From Promethearchaeota archaeon Loki_b31 (GTDB lineage Archaea > Asgardarchaeota > Lokiarchaeia > Sigyniarchaeales > SOKP01), in NCBI GenBank assembly GCA_005222975.1, contig NJBI01000079.1:1-13034 (forward strand): DNA of 13,034 nucleotides. Direction: 5' to 3'. Below are positions 1 through 7,983 of this stretch, in pieces. A program made the translations under genes and the position numbers. A model generated the notes under the pieces. It saw nothing but the letters and a program-made list of their open reading frames with translations, was not told the DNA's origin and did no database searches. Each line of letters begins with the position of its first letter. The stretch's first letter is position 1.

Positions 1-82
1 ACACACCAAGGATAATCGTTAATGGAATCATCCCCACAATGTAACCCGAAACTTGCTTTTTAGGTAATTTATTAATCGACAT
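1..82 (-). CDS. N-terminus (partial, runs off left edge) of a probable membrane transporter, likely MFS/GPH sugar-cation symporter-like
   Basis: Hand translation of the minus strand from ATG at 82-80 gives MSINKLPKKQVSGYIVGMIPLTIILGV..., open to the edge. A short basic N-terminus followed by a G-Y-x-x-G hydrophobic helix resembles the first TM segment of GPH/MelB-type MFS transporters. It is divergent from the sulfatase. Only 27 codons are visible. Confidence 0.5.
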   Translation of the reverse strand, partial: MSINKLPKKQVSGYIVGMIPLTIILGV

Positions 83-202
83 TTTTTTTAAAAGATTTGT
101 TTTTTAATATAACTTTAATGTTAAACTTTAAAAAGATTTTTTTTGATTTCTAGTTATATATTAATTAATTCTTCCCAGTTTTATTAAAACTTAAAATTTG
201 TG

Positions 203-1780
203 ATGGAAATTAAGAAAAGATTAAACTTTTTATTTTTTATAACCGACCAACAACGATTTGATCACTTAAGTTGTTATAACAACAAGATAGTCTTAAAAAC
301 ACCAAATATCGATAGTATTGCTAAAGAGGGCGTTAAATTCACTAACTTTTATTGTAATAACCCAATCTGCATGCCTAATCGAAGCACGATATATACTGGG
401 CAATATCCCTCAGTGCACGGTGTTACAACAAATGGACGCAATTTACCTCAAGGTACAAATACCTTTGTTGATATTCTACTTGAATCTGGGACTTACTATA
501 CAGCAAGTTTTGGAAAAATACATTTGAATTACTTTGGTGCCCCTTCTGGCCAATTTAAAAACGCTGTTGAAAGTCAAGAATTTGCCCAACATAGAGATTA
601 TCCTAAATTAACTAACTACTCACCTTATTTTGGGTTGGAGGAGGTGAAAATAGTTTCAGGGCACGGGCCGCTATGTGGGCACCCAGATTACATAAATTGG
701 GTAAAGAAAAAAATAGAAAACAATCCCTCGTTAGGAAAGCCGCTCAGGATTAAGTTAAGTAATCCGGATAATTTAATTCAAACAAAACTTAATATCTCTT
801 TTAACACTTCTGATCCTTTAGTGAAATTACAAGTGCTAAAACATAAAACACCTGAGGAACTTTATTCTACAACATTTGTTAAAGAAAACACAATCAAATT
901 CTTAGAAAGATTTTCAAATGGTTCTTGTTCCAAAGAAAATTTTCTCGTTTTTTGCTCATTTCCTGACCCTCATCATCCTTTCGCACCGCCTGGAAAATAT
1001 TTCGATATGTATAAGCCAGAAGATATAATATTACCTAAAACATTTAACGATGACCATAAAAATAGTTCAGAATTTAATAGAAAACATTATAATACTCTTT
1101 TATCAAGTGAAGGAACTGCAAAAGGGATTTTTCCAATACCAAAAGATTTAACAGAAGAAGGGGCTAAAAATGTAATTGCTGCTTCCTATGGAATGGAAAA
1201 AATGGTTGATGATGCCGTAGGGGAGGTTTTAGATGCTTTAAATAAATTTGACTTGGCAGAAAATACAGTTGTTATATATACTACAGATCATGGCGATTTA
1301 GGTGGAGACCATAGGTTCTTCTTTAAAGGACCATTCTTGTATCAAGGATTAATCAAAATACCCTTTTTAATAAAAGTCCCTAACGGGTTAACAAACGAAG
1401 AATGTAATTCATTAGCTAGTTCAATTGACATTCCTGAGACAATCTTAGAATTAGCTGGAATCCCAATCCCAGCTTTTATGCAAGGAAAAAGTTTAATTCC
1501 AATATTAAATAACACTAAAGAAAAAATTAATGATGATATACTTATTGAAATGAATGATGACCACAATCATGAAAGAACGAGAACCTTAATTACAGACGAA
1601 TGGAGAATCACACTTTTTAGTGATCATGGAGAATTATACAATTTAAAGAATGATATCAATGAAATAAATAATGTGTGGAACGATAAGACTCTTAAAGACA
1701 TTAAACTCGATCTTCTTTTAAAATTGTTTAAGAAAACTAACAACCTAAGTAACCCCGTCATGAGAGATTGTGGTTTTTAA
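203..1780 (+). CDS. Cys-type (formylglycine-dependent) sulfatase, arylsulfatase/choline-sulfatase-like, cytoplasmic
   Basis: Motifs seen: FFITDQQR metal site, CxPxR signature CMPNRSTIYTG, GKIH, DPHHP, TTDHGD and FKG. No signal peptide. ATG at 203 is preferred over the GTG at 200. Confidence 0.93.
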   Translation: MEIKKRLNFLFFITDQQRFDHLSCYNNKIVLKTPNIDSIAKEGVKFTNFYCNNPICMPNRSTIYTGQYPSVHGVTTNGRNLPQGTNTFVDILLESGTYYTASFGKIHLNYFGAPSGQFKNAVESQEFAQHRDYPKLTNYSPYFGLEEVKIVSGHGPLCGHPDYINWVKKKIENNPSLGKPLRIKLSNPDNLIQTKLNISFNTSDPLVKLQVLKHKTPEELYSTTFVKENTIKFLERFSNGSCSKENFLVFCSFPDPHHPFAPPGKYFDMYKPEDIILPKTFNDDHKNSSEFNRKHYNTLLSSEGTAKGIFPIPKDLTEEGAKNVIAASYGMEKMVDDAVGEVLDALNKFDLAENTVVIYTTDHGDLGGDHRFFFKGPFLYQGLIKIPFLIKVPNGLTNEECNSLASSIDIPETILELAGIPIPAFMQGKSLIPILNNTKEKINDDILIEMNDDHNHERTRTLITDEWRITLFSDHGELYNLKNDINEINNVWNDKTLKDIKLDLLLKLFKKTNNLSNPVMRDCGF

Positions 1781-1813
1781 TTTAAGGATTGACAGATTAA
1801 TATTGATTTGCTA

Positions 1814-1844
1814 TGCAAGACTCTCCTTGCAAAAAGTTTTAAAA
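1814..1844 (+). promoter_or_regulatory. Palindrome TGCAAG-N6-CTTGCA abutting a BRE/TATA-like element (AAAAAG-TTTTAAAA) upstream of the GH94-like gene
   Basis: Perfect 6-bp inverted repeat at 1814-1819/1826-1831, followed directly by aaaaagttttaaaa (1831-1844), which has the archaeal purine-rich BRE plus TATA layout. Confidence 0.35.
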
Positions 1845-1919
1845 TAATTCTCTCAAAACTATTAAATTCTACTTAATTTCTCTAAAATAGATTTATTTGA
1901 ATTAGGAAAGATTATAAAG

Positions 1920-4592
1920 ATGAGTAAAAAAGAGTTTGGTTCTGGTTATTTTGGAGAATGGATTGAAGACGAGTTTGGATTACCCGCATATCGTTATACT
2001 TGCGACCAAATAAACGATCCAAAAGCACTCACTCCAATGAATGAAGAGTGGCGTTCAAAAACAGAACACCTTCATCAAGTTGGCAACGATAGATTGGTAG
2101 CTGTTGCATCAAATTACGGTTATATCCAAGTAAGACAAGACGAGGGAGGTCCTAAGTATTTAAATGAGTTTGATCCAAAGCGAGGACAATATGCCGGTGG
2201 TTTCGGATACCTTACTGATGGAGATAGTTTTTTAAGTACATACTATCCTGGTAATGCAGATTCCTTCGAAAGGATATTTGGAATTGGGTACATACAGAAA
2301 AAAGTAATAGGGCACGGTTATAATGTTAACCAAATTATTTTTGCGCCATTTGGTGATGACCCTATTTTAATTTCTCAAATTACAATAACAAATAATCGAG
2401 ATATGCCAGTAGATCTACGCTGGATTGAGTATTGGGGTTGCTGTATGTATCAATTCTCTTCGTCTGCATTTGCGGCACTACTTTCAAAAAAACCTAGTAA
2501 ACATCCAAGAGATATTCGTCACCATTTTAGTAATAAATTTAAACATAAGTTTGAAGAGATTCCTAATCGTGTAGGACTTCAAGAAAATAAATATTTAGAA
2601 GATCAAAAAGAGACGTTTGATCCAACTAACCTTAAACCCACATTTGTAGATTATTTCCCTCCTAAAACATTTTTAGTTTCTTTAGATTCGAAAGCTGACA
2701 CATTAAGCACCAATAGTAAGGACTATTTTGGTCAAGGTGGTGTTGAAACACCAGATGGTCTAAATAGCAAGTTAAAAAATGATATTGATTCTATAGGTGA
2801 TGAAAGTGCTATGTTTCTGGAGCGAAATGTGCAATTAAACACAGGAGAAAGTCGGACTTTATCATTTTTATATGGTTATGTTCCTGATGGATTTGAATTA
2901 GAATCCTTAATTAACAAATACAAACAAATTTACCATAAATTATTTGAAGATTCATGCCAACAATGGAAAAAGAATAGAATCGAATTACAAATTAAAGACG
3001 AACCATGGGTTAATCGCGAAATTTTTTGGCATTATTATTATTTAAGAAGTGCTATGACTTATGACAGCTATTTTAAAGAACATATTCTCTCTCAAGGTCA
3101 TGTTTACCAATACATTATTGGTTTTCAAGGAGCTGCCCGTGATCCCTTGCAACACGCACTTCCGTTTATTTACAGCAACCCGGATATAGTAAAAAATATT
3201 ATAAGGTATACCTTAAAAACAACTCGTAAGAATGGTGAGATACCCTATGGTATTACGGGAAGTGGACAAATATTACCAGTCCCCTTTAAGCCTAGCGATC
3301 AAGAAATGTGGTTACTATGGTTAATAAGCGAATATGTTCTTGGAACTCGTGATGTTGAATTTCTTGATGAAAAAGTTTCCAGATATCCCGTTTATGGATC
3401 TAGAGCAGAAATTGTTAAAGTTCGAGATGTAATAGCACGCTGTTTTCGTCATTTAGTTAAAAAGACGGGGTTTGGATGCCACGGTCTTCAGCGATTATCC
3501 AACGGCGATTGGAACGATGGAGTTGTTATTGGATACATTCCTCCTGAAAAACATAAAGAAATTCAAAAAGAAGCAGAAAGCGTTTTAAATGCTGCAATGG
3601 CTATATACACGCTTGAAATATACTCAGAAATGTTAAAATCCGTAGGTGAACGCGATTTAGCGAATGAAGCACTTAAATATTCTCAATCTCAACGAGAAGC
3701 AGTTAAAGCTCAATGGACTGGAAAATGGTTTAGACGAGCATGGCTTACAGAAGATTTGGGATGGGTTGGTGAAGATCAAATGTGGTTAGAACCTCAACCT
3801 TGGGCTATCATAGGAAATGCTTTAGATCGCGAACAAAAGAAGATTTTAGTTCAATTTATCGATGAACTAGTTCGCAAACCCTCAAAAATTGGCGCTAGGC
3901 TTCATAGCAAGGGTATTGATAGTAAAAGAAATAAAGGACAAGGAGCAAATGCGGGTATTTGGCCCGCAATCAATGGTACATTAATTTGGGCCCTCTCTTT
4001 AGTAAATGGAGAGATGGGATGGGACGAATGGAAAAAAAACTCGCTCGCTTATCATGCTGAGAATTATCCCGATGTTTGGTATGGGATTTGGAGCGGTCCA
4101 GACACCTATAACTCGGATTTATCTAAGTATCCAGGTCAAACTGTTTTTAACGAAGCTTTAATTACTGGCGAACAAGATCCATCTGATGTAGAGGAACTTC
4201 TAGGGCATATGGCAACTTCATGGACTGATTTTCCAGTCTTTAATTTACATCCTCACGCATGGCCATTATATGACACAACTCGCTTAATTGGTATAAATTT
4301 CACGCGAAATGGAGTGAAATTAAATCCTACTTTGCCTAAAGACGACTATAAGTTTAGTACACCCCTTATTGGATTAGAAAAGACTAAAAATGGATATTTA
4401 GGTTGGTACAATCCCGTGAAATTAAGTACATGGGAAATATCATTAAAACTAAGTGAAGAGGAACTCGATCAAATCGATTCTATTCTAATAAATGGAAATG
4501 AAGCTAAGTTTACAATAAAAAAAAGTCAGCTGCTTTGGAGAGGTGAAAATAAACCAGGTAAGCCCCTCCGCTGGGAAATAAAAAAGAAATAA
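1920..4592 (+). CDS. GH94-like (cellobiose/chitobiose phosphorylase-related) glycoside phosphorylase or hydrolase with an (alpha/alpha)6 barrel
   Basis: 890 aa. GH94-type motifs appear in the expected order: ARDPLQH, SDQEMWLLW, NGDWNDG (catalytic Asp motif), AESV, WNGxWF-like WTGKWFRRAW, LEPQPWAII and NAGIW. The N-terminal half is beta-rich. Confidence 0.8.
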   Translation: MSKKEFGSGYFGEWIEDEFGLPAYRYTCDQINDPKALTPMNEEWRSKTEHLHQVGNDRLVAVASNYGYIQVRQDEGGPKYLNEFDPKRGQYAGGFGYLTDGDSFLSTYYPGNADSFERIFGIGYIQKKVIGHGYNVNQIIFAPFGDDPILISQITITNNRDMPVDLRWIEYWGCCMYQFSSSAFAALLSKKPSKHPRDIRHHFSNKFKHKFEEIPNRVGLQENKYLEDQKETFDPTNLKPTFVDYFPPKTFLVSLDSKADTLSTNSKDYFGQGGVETPDGLNSKLKNDIDSIGDESAMFLERNVQLNTGESRTLSFLYGYVPDGFELESLINKYKQIYHKLFEDSCQQWKKNRIELQIKDEPWVNREIFWHYYYLRSAMTYDSYFKEHILSQGHVYQYIIGFQGAARDPLQHALPFIYSNPDIVKNIIRYTLKTTRKNGEIPYGITGSGQILPVPFKPSDQEMWLLWLISEYVLGTRDVEFLDEKVSRYPVYGSRAEIVKVRDVIARCFRHLVKKTGFGCHGLQRLSNGDWNDGVVIGYIPPEKHKEIQKEAESVLNAAMAIYTLEIYSEMLKSVGERDLANEALKYSQSQREAVKAQWTGKWFRRAWLTEDLGWVGEDQMWLEPQPWAIIGNALDREQKKILVQFIDELVRKPSKIGARLHSKGIDSKRNKGQGANAGIWPAINGTLIWALSLVNGEMGWDEWKKNSLAYHAENYPDVWYGIWSGPDTYNSDLSKYPGQTVFNEALITGEQDPSDVEELLGHMATSWTDFPVFNLHPHAWPLYDTTRLIGINFTRNGVKLNPTLPKDDYKFSTPLIGLEKTKNGYLGWYNPVKLSTWEISLKLSEEELDQIDSILINGNEAKFTIKKSQLLWRGENKPGKPLRWEIKKK

Positions 4593-4620
4593 GCAAAAAT
4601 CCTTTATTCATACCATGAAT

Positions 4621-5790
4621 CTAATGGGGTAAAGGGGGAACTTCAGAATCATTCCATAAATCTGCCGTTGGATAATCCCACCATTTTGAGGGAATGTTGG
4701 AATAATTTCCATATTTTTCTAATCCTTTTTCAAAAGCTTTAATGTTCTTTCGAGAAGCCCTGATTACTTTAGGTTGAGGATAAAAATACGCTCCAAATCC
4801 TCCATCTTTCGTACCTAAATTTCGAACCATATGCCAAACTTCTCGCTCAACTTCTTCGGGCGTTCCATGAGTATAAATAGATTGTATGTTAACGCAACCC
4901 CAGAACATTATTTTTCCCCGATATTGCTTTAATTCGTTATATCCACTCATTCTAGGGCTATCAAATTCGATAGAATCTAAACCACAGTCAATGAGTACAG
5001 GTATAAGGCGGTCTACCTTGCCGCAACAGTGAAGATGTAACTCTGCTCCTAATTCATGTGCTGCGTCTACGATTCTTTTATATATTGGTTCGTAAAATTT
5101 TTTAAAAATACGAGGGTTAAAGAATGGTCCGTTTTGTTCTCCTAAATCGTCAGATAGCCAAAAACCGTCAGGTTCTAACCCATACTTAAACGCCATTTTT
5201 ATTTCTTCCACATGATAATCAGTTACATAATTTAACAATTTTTTTAGCTCTTGGGGATTCCTAACATGATCCATCAGATAATTGGAAAAACCCCTCAAAG
5301 CAGAAACTACGTGAGATGGTCCGAATGATTCGAAAATGACCATGTTATACAACTCATCACTAAGCATTTTTTTTAGATTTAAAGCAGCTTTATACCGACT
5401 TCTATCTGATGCTTCTAAACTATATTGCTCCAAATGGTCATCTAACTTTTTTAAATCAGGTAGCGAAGGTCTACCTGGATGCCCCATATTTCTATCATTT
5501 CCTTTCATAGACCATATAATGCCCCATTCGTCCACCTCTTCGTGAGGAATTCTTTTCCAATTAGTACCTTCAAATTCGGGTTGATCTTTCGTCCAATCTG
5601 GTCTTTCCCAACTATTAGGATTTTTATTATGGGGGAATAATCCAATTTCATTTTCTGCAAAACCCGGATTCCAATCTTTTGAGTGAATAAGTGGCAGAGG
5701 AGCGACATCACCAGATACAATATTAAAAATTGGAACTTTATCTGGGCGATTAAAATGGATTGCTGCTCTCACACGTTCTTTTGAATTCAT
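4621..5790 (-). CDS. Uroporphyrinogen decarboxylase (URO-D)/MtaA-CmuA methyltransferase superfamily protein
   Basis: MNSKERVRAAIHFNRPDKVP N-terminus, DEWG, ALRGFSNYL, SDDLGEQNGPFFNP, HLHCCG, WGCVNIQ and GTPEEVEREV are typical of URO-D-like TIM barrels. It is not assignable to true HemE. Confidence 0.88.
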   Translation of the reverse strand: MNSKERVRAAIHFNRPDKVPIFNIVSGDVAPLPLIHSKDWNPGFAENEIGLFPHNKNPNSWERPDWTKDQPEFEGTNWKRIPHEEVDEWGIIWSMKGNDRNMGHPGRPSLPDLKKLDDHLEQYSLEASDRSRYKAALNLKKMLSDELYNMVIFESFGPSHVVSALRGFSNYLMDHVRNPQELKKLLNYVTDYHVEEIKMAFKYGLEPDGFWLSDDLGEQNGPFFNPRIFKKFYEPIYKRIVDAAHELGAELHLHCCGKVDRLIPVLIDCGLDSIEFDSPRMSGYNELKQYRGKIMFWGCVNIQSIYTHGTPEEVEREVWHMVRNLGTKDGGFGAYFYPQPKVIRASRKNIKAFEKGLEKYGNYSNIPSKWWDYPTADLWNDSEVPPLPH

Positions 5791-5930
5791 ATTAGCTACT
5801 TAATAATTAATTCTAATTAAAAGATAAATATTTCTTTTTATATAAAAATATTTAGTTGCCATGATATATTAGCGTTTGAATTAAAAAATAGAAAGAATAT
5901 TATTTTAAATAAATAATATTGGTTGTATAT

Positions 5931-6062
5931 TTAGAGTCCTTTTTCTTTCCTTGCTTCTTCCGTTAATTCTGGAGTACTATCATAACTAGATGCGATTTTA
6001 GACTTTACACACTCTTCACAATATTTTAACCATATCTCTTTTTCGGAGTCTTTACTATCCAT
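5931..6062 (-). CDS. Putative 43-aa small protein with a CxxC motif (or a gene remnant)
   Basis: Hand translation: MDSKDSEKEIWLKYCEECVKSKIASSYDSTPELTEEARKEKGL*. It starts with ATG, ends with TAA, has protein-like E/K-rich composition and higher GC than its flanks, and is too short for the ORF track. Confidence 0.45.
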   Translation of the reverse strand: MDSKDSEKEIWLKYCEECVKSKIASSYDSTPELTEEARKEKGL

Positions 6063-6233
6063 GTCAGCATCAACAAGTTAAGTATTAAAACTCATGAAAT
6101 TAACGTTAATTATCTATTATAAAGTTTATTAAAATTGAATTTTTTATACGCTAAAGGACAACAAATTACCGACATAAATAAAAAGTAAAACTCTACTCGT
6201 CAGCAACAATTATGAATTTTTTTTTAAGGTTTT

Positions 6234-6303
6234 AGAGAGGGGGAGGGGGGTCGTTAAAAGTAAAAGTAAAAGTAAAAATAAACTAAAATTAAATAAATTA
6301 AAC
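6234..6303. repeat. Purine/G tract (AGAGA-G5-A-G6) followed by tandem TAAAAG x3 decaying into TAAA(A)-type units
   Basis: G5 at 6239-6243, G6 at 6245-6250, TAAAAG at 6255-6272 (3 exact copies), then TAAAAA, TAAAC, TAAAAT and further degenerate units. Confidence 0.6.
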
Positions 6304-6422
6304 GCTAATAAGCCATTCAAAAAAGCAATTGGATATTAACATATAGGCTATTTCTAAAAACTTATAATTTTTAAAACAAACTTAGAATCATACAATATAA
6401 TACTTTGTTGAGATTAAAAATC

Positions 6423-7823
6423 ATGGTTGAAAAATGTGACATTTTGGTCGTAGGCGCTGGAACTGCAGGAATGTATCTCAGTTGGCTATTATCTAAAAAG
6501 GGTTATTCAGTTGTAACCATAGAAAAAGATGAGAGGGAAAAAGTAGGTAAAAGGTTAGATGTTATCCACTTTGAGACCGATAGAATTAAAAAAGCTGGCA
6601 TACCGCCGTTTAAAGTAGGAGATCCTGACTGTATTGAAATTCGAGAACATTCAACGCAAGTAACGACGGATTTTACAACAGAAGTTAAAATCAAAGCGCT
6701 TCAAACTATTGTATGTCTTACACCATTTTTAAATAGAATGTATAAGGTGTTAGAAGCAGATGGTGTAAAGCTTGTTTTTTCTTGCAAATTTTTAGAATTA
6801 GTTTTTGACGACGGAAAAATTGTAGGGGTTTTAGTCGAAAAAAATGGGGAACAAATTGAATACTATGCTCGATTAGTTGTCGATGCATCAGGTACGGGTG
6901 CTTCAATCAGAACATCCTTGCCTCAAGACTACGGAATTGAGACTTTTAAATTGGACCCAAGTAGTGTGATGTACGTACTTCTACAATACATTAAGTGGTT
7001 AAACCCAGAAGAAAAACATCCATTACCCGACACAGGATATCAATACTACCTGTTATGGTTCGGTCCGTGTCAGATTGAAAATGGTGCCATTCTGGGAATT
7101 GGGCAACCTGGTTCTTACGAAAATGCTAGAAAAGCAAGAGAAGAGTTCCTTGTAAAAGCTCACTTACCTCCTTATGAAATTGTAAAAGAAGAACAAGGTT
7201 TTACTCCTTATAGAAGACCTCCTTATACTCTTGTAGGTGATGGATTATTCTGCATAGGAGATGCTGCAGCAATCACTTATCCATTTTCGGGGCACGGAGT
7301 TACCGCTACTTGGAATTTGTGCATGATTGCAGCAGAAACTATTGAAAGTACGCTTAAAGAAGAAGGATATATTTCTAAAGATAGGTTATGGGACATTAAT
7401 GTAAAGTATTTTAGAGATCAGGGTGCGAAATTTGCGAGCTTATTAATGCAATTATCTGGTATTCTAAACTTTTCAGCAAAAGAATGGGATTACGTCTTAA
7501 AATCGGGATTACTTTACAAAACTGGGGACGAAGACGAAATTCCTGAACCTAATAAAGAGTACGAAGAAGACATGAGTCTAGGCGAAATACTTAAATTTCT
7601 GTTTAAATTAATTGGCGGCATGCTAAAGAGACAATTATCCTTAAAACACGTGAAAAAATTGCTATCAGCTAATTCACTTGCTGGAAAAATTAAAAAACAT
7701 TACGAAACCTTTCCAGAGGATCCGAACGAATTCGATCAATGGGTTAAGAAAGCAGACCAACTATGGAAGCAAAAACGGGTAGCAATCAAAAAATTAGAAA
7801 CTTTTTCTATTGAGTACATCTAA
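6423..7823 (+). CDS. NAD(P)/FAD-dependent oxidoreductase, geranylgeranyl reductase-like family
   Basis: N-terminal Rossmann motif DILVVGAGTAG with TIEK, DG motif LVVDASG and GD motif IGDAA..TYPFSGHG. ATG at 6423 (MVEKCDILVVG) is a more plausible start than the TTG at 6405. Confidence 0.85.
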   Translation: MVEKCDILVVGAGTAGMYLSWLLSKKGYSVVTIEKDEREKVGKRLDVIHFETDRIKKAGIPPFKVGDPDCIEIREHSTQVTTDFTTEVKIKALQTIVCLTPFLNRMYKVLEADGVKLVFSCKFLELVFDDGKIVGVLVEKNGEQIEYYARLVVDASGTGASIRTSLPQDYGIETFKLDPSSVMYVLLQYIKWLNPEEKHPLPDTGYQYYLLWFGPCQIENGAILGIGQPGSYENARKAREEFLVKAHLPPYEIVKEEQGFTPYRRPPYTLVGDGLFCIGDAAAITYPFSGHGVTATWNLCMIAAETIESTLKEEGYISKDRLWDINVKYFRDQGAKFASLLMQLSGILNFSAKEWDYVLKSGLLYKTGDEDEIPEPNKEYEEDMSLGEILKFLFKLIGGMLKRQLSLKHVKKLLSANSLAGKIKKHYETFPEDPNEFDQWVKKADQLWKQKRVAIKKLETFSIEYI

Positions 7824-7983
7824 AGGTTGAAATTAAAAATAAAAAAAAGTAGTATTCTATTAATATTGTTTCAGGAAGTTAGGAAGCCAATTTTTTTAGG
7901 TTTATAGAATAATTATTAAAAAGTAATGTTGACAGATTACTTAAACACAAGATTTAAAAACATTTAGAATCTAACTATATAAC

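Noticed and set aside
318-1566. Short ORFs 318..527 (+) and 1342..1566 (-)
   Set aside because: Both lie inside the sulfatase in alternative or antisense frames and show no motifs.
5336-5720. Short ORFs 5336..5545 (+) and 5505..5720 (-)
   Set aside because: Shadow ORFs within the URO-D-like gene.
5825-5854. Perfect palindrome TTTTTATATAAAAA (5835-5848) upstream of the URO-D-like gene
   Set aside because: A/T-only low complexity, best explained as an ordinary TATA region.
6234-6260. G-string as part of an archaeal origin recognition box (ORB)
   Set aside because: No TCCA-N-TGGA/GAAAC-type ORB core, no repeated or inverted copies, and no cdc6/orc1 gene in the window.
6503-6906. Short ORFs 6503..6694 (-) and 6718..6906 (-)
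   Set aside because: Antisense shadows of the FAD oxidoreductase.
1789-7939. Exact 11-mer TTGACAGATTA in two intergenic regions (1789-1799 and 7929-7939), containing the bacterial -35 hexamer TTGACA
   Set aside because: One 11-mer match is plausible by chance in AT-rich DNA, the distances to the downstream starts differ, and the host appears archaeal.
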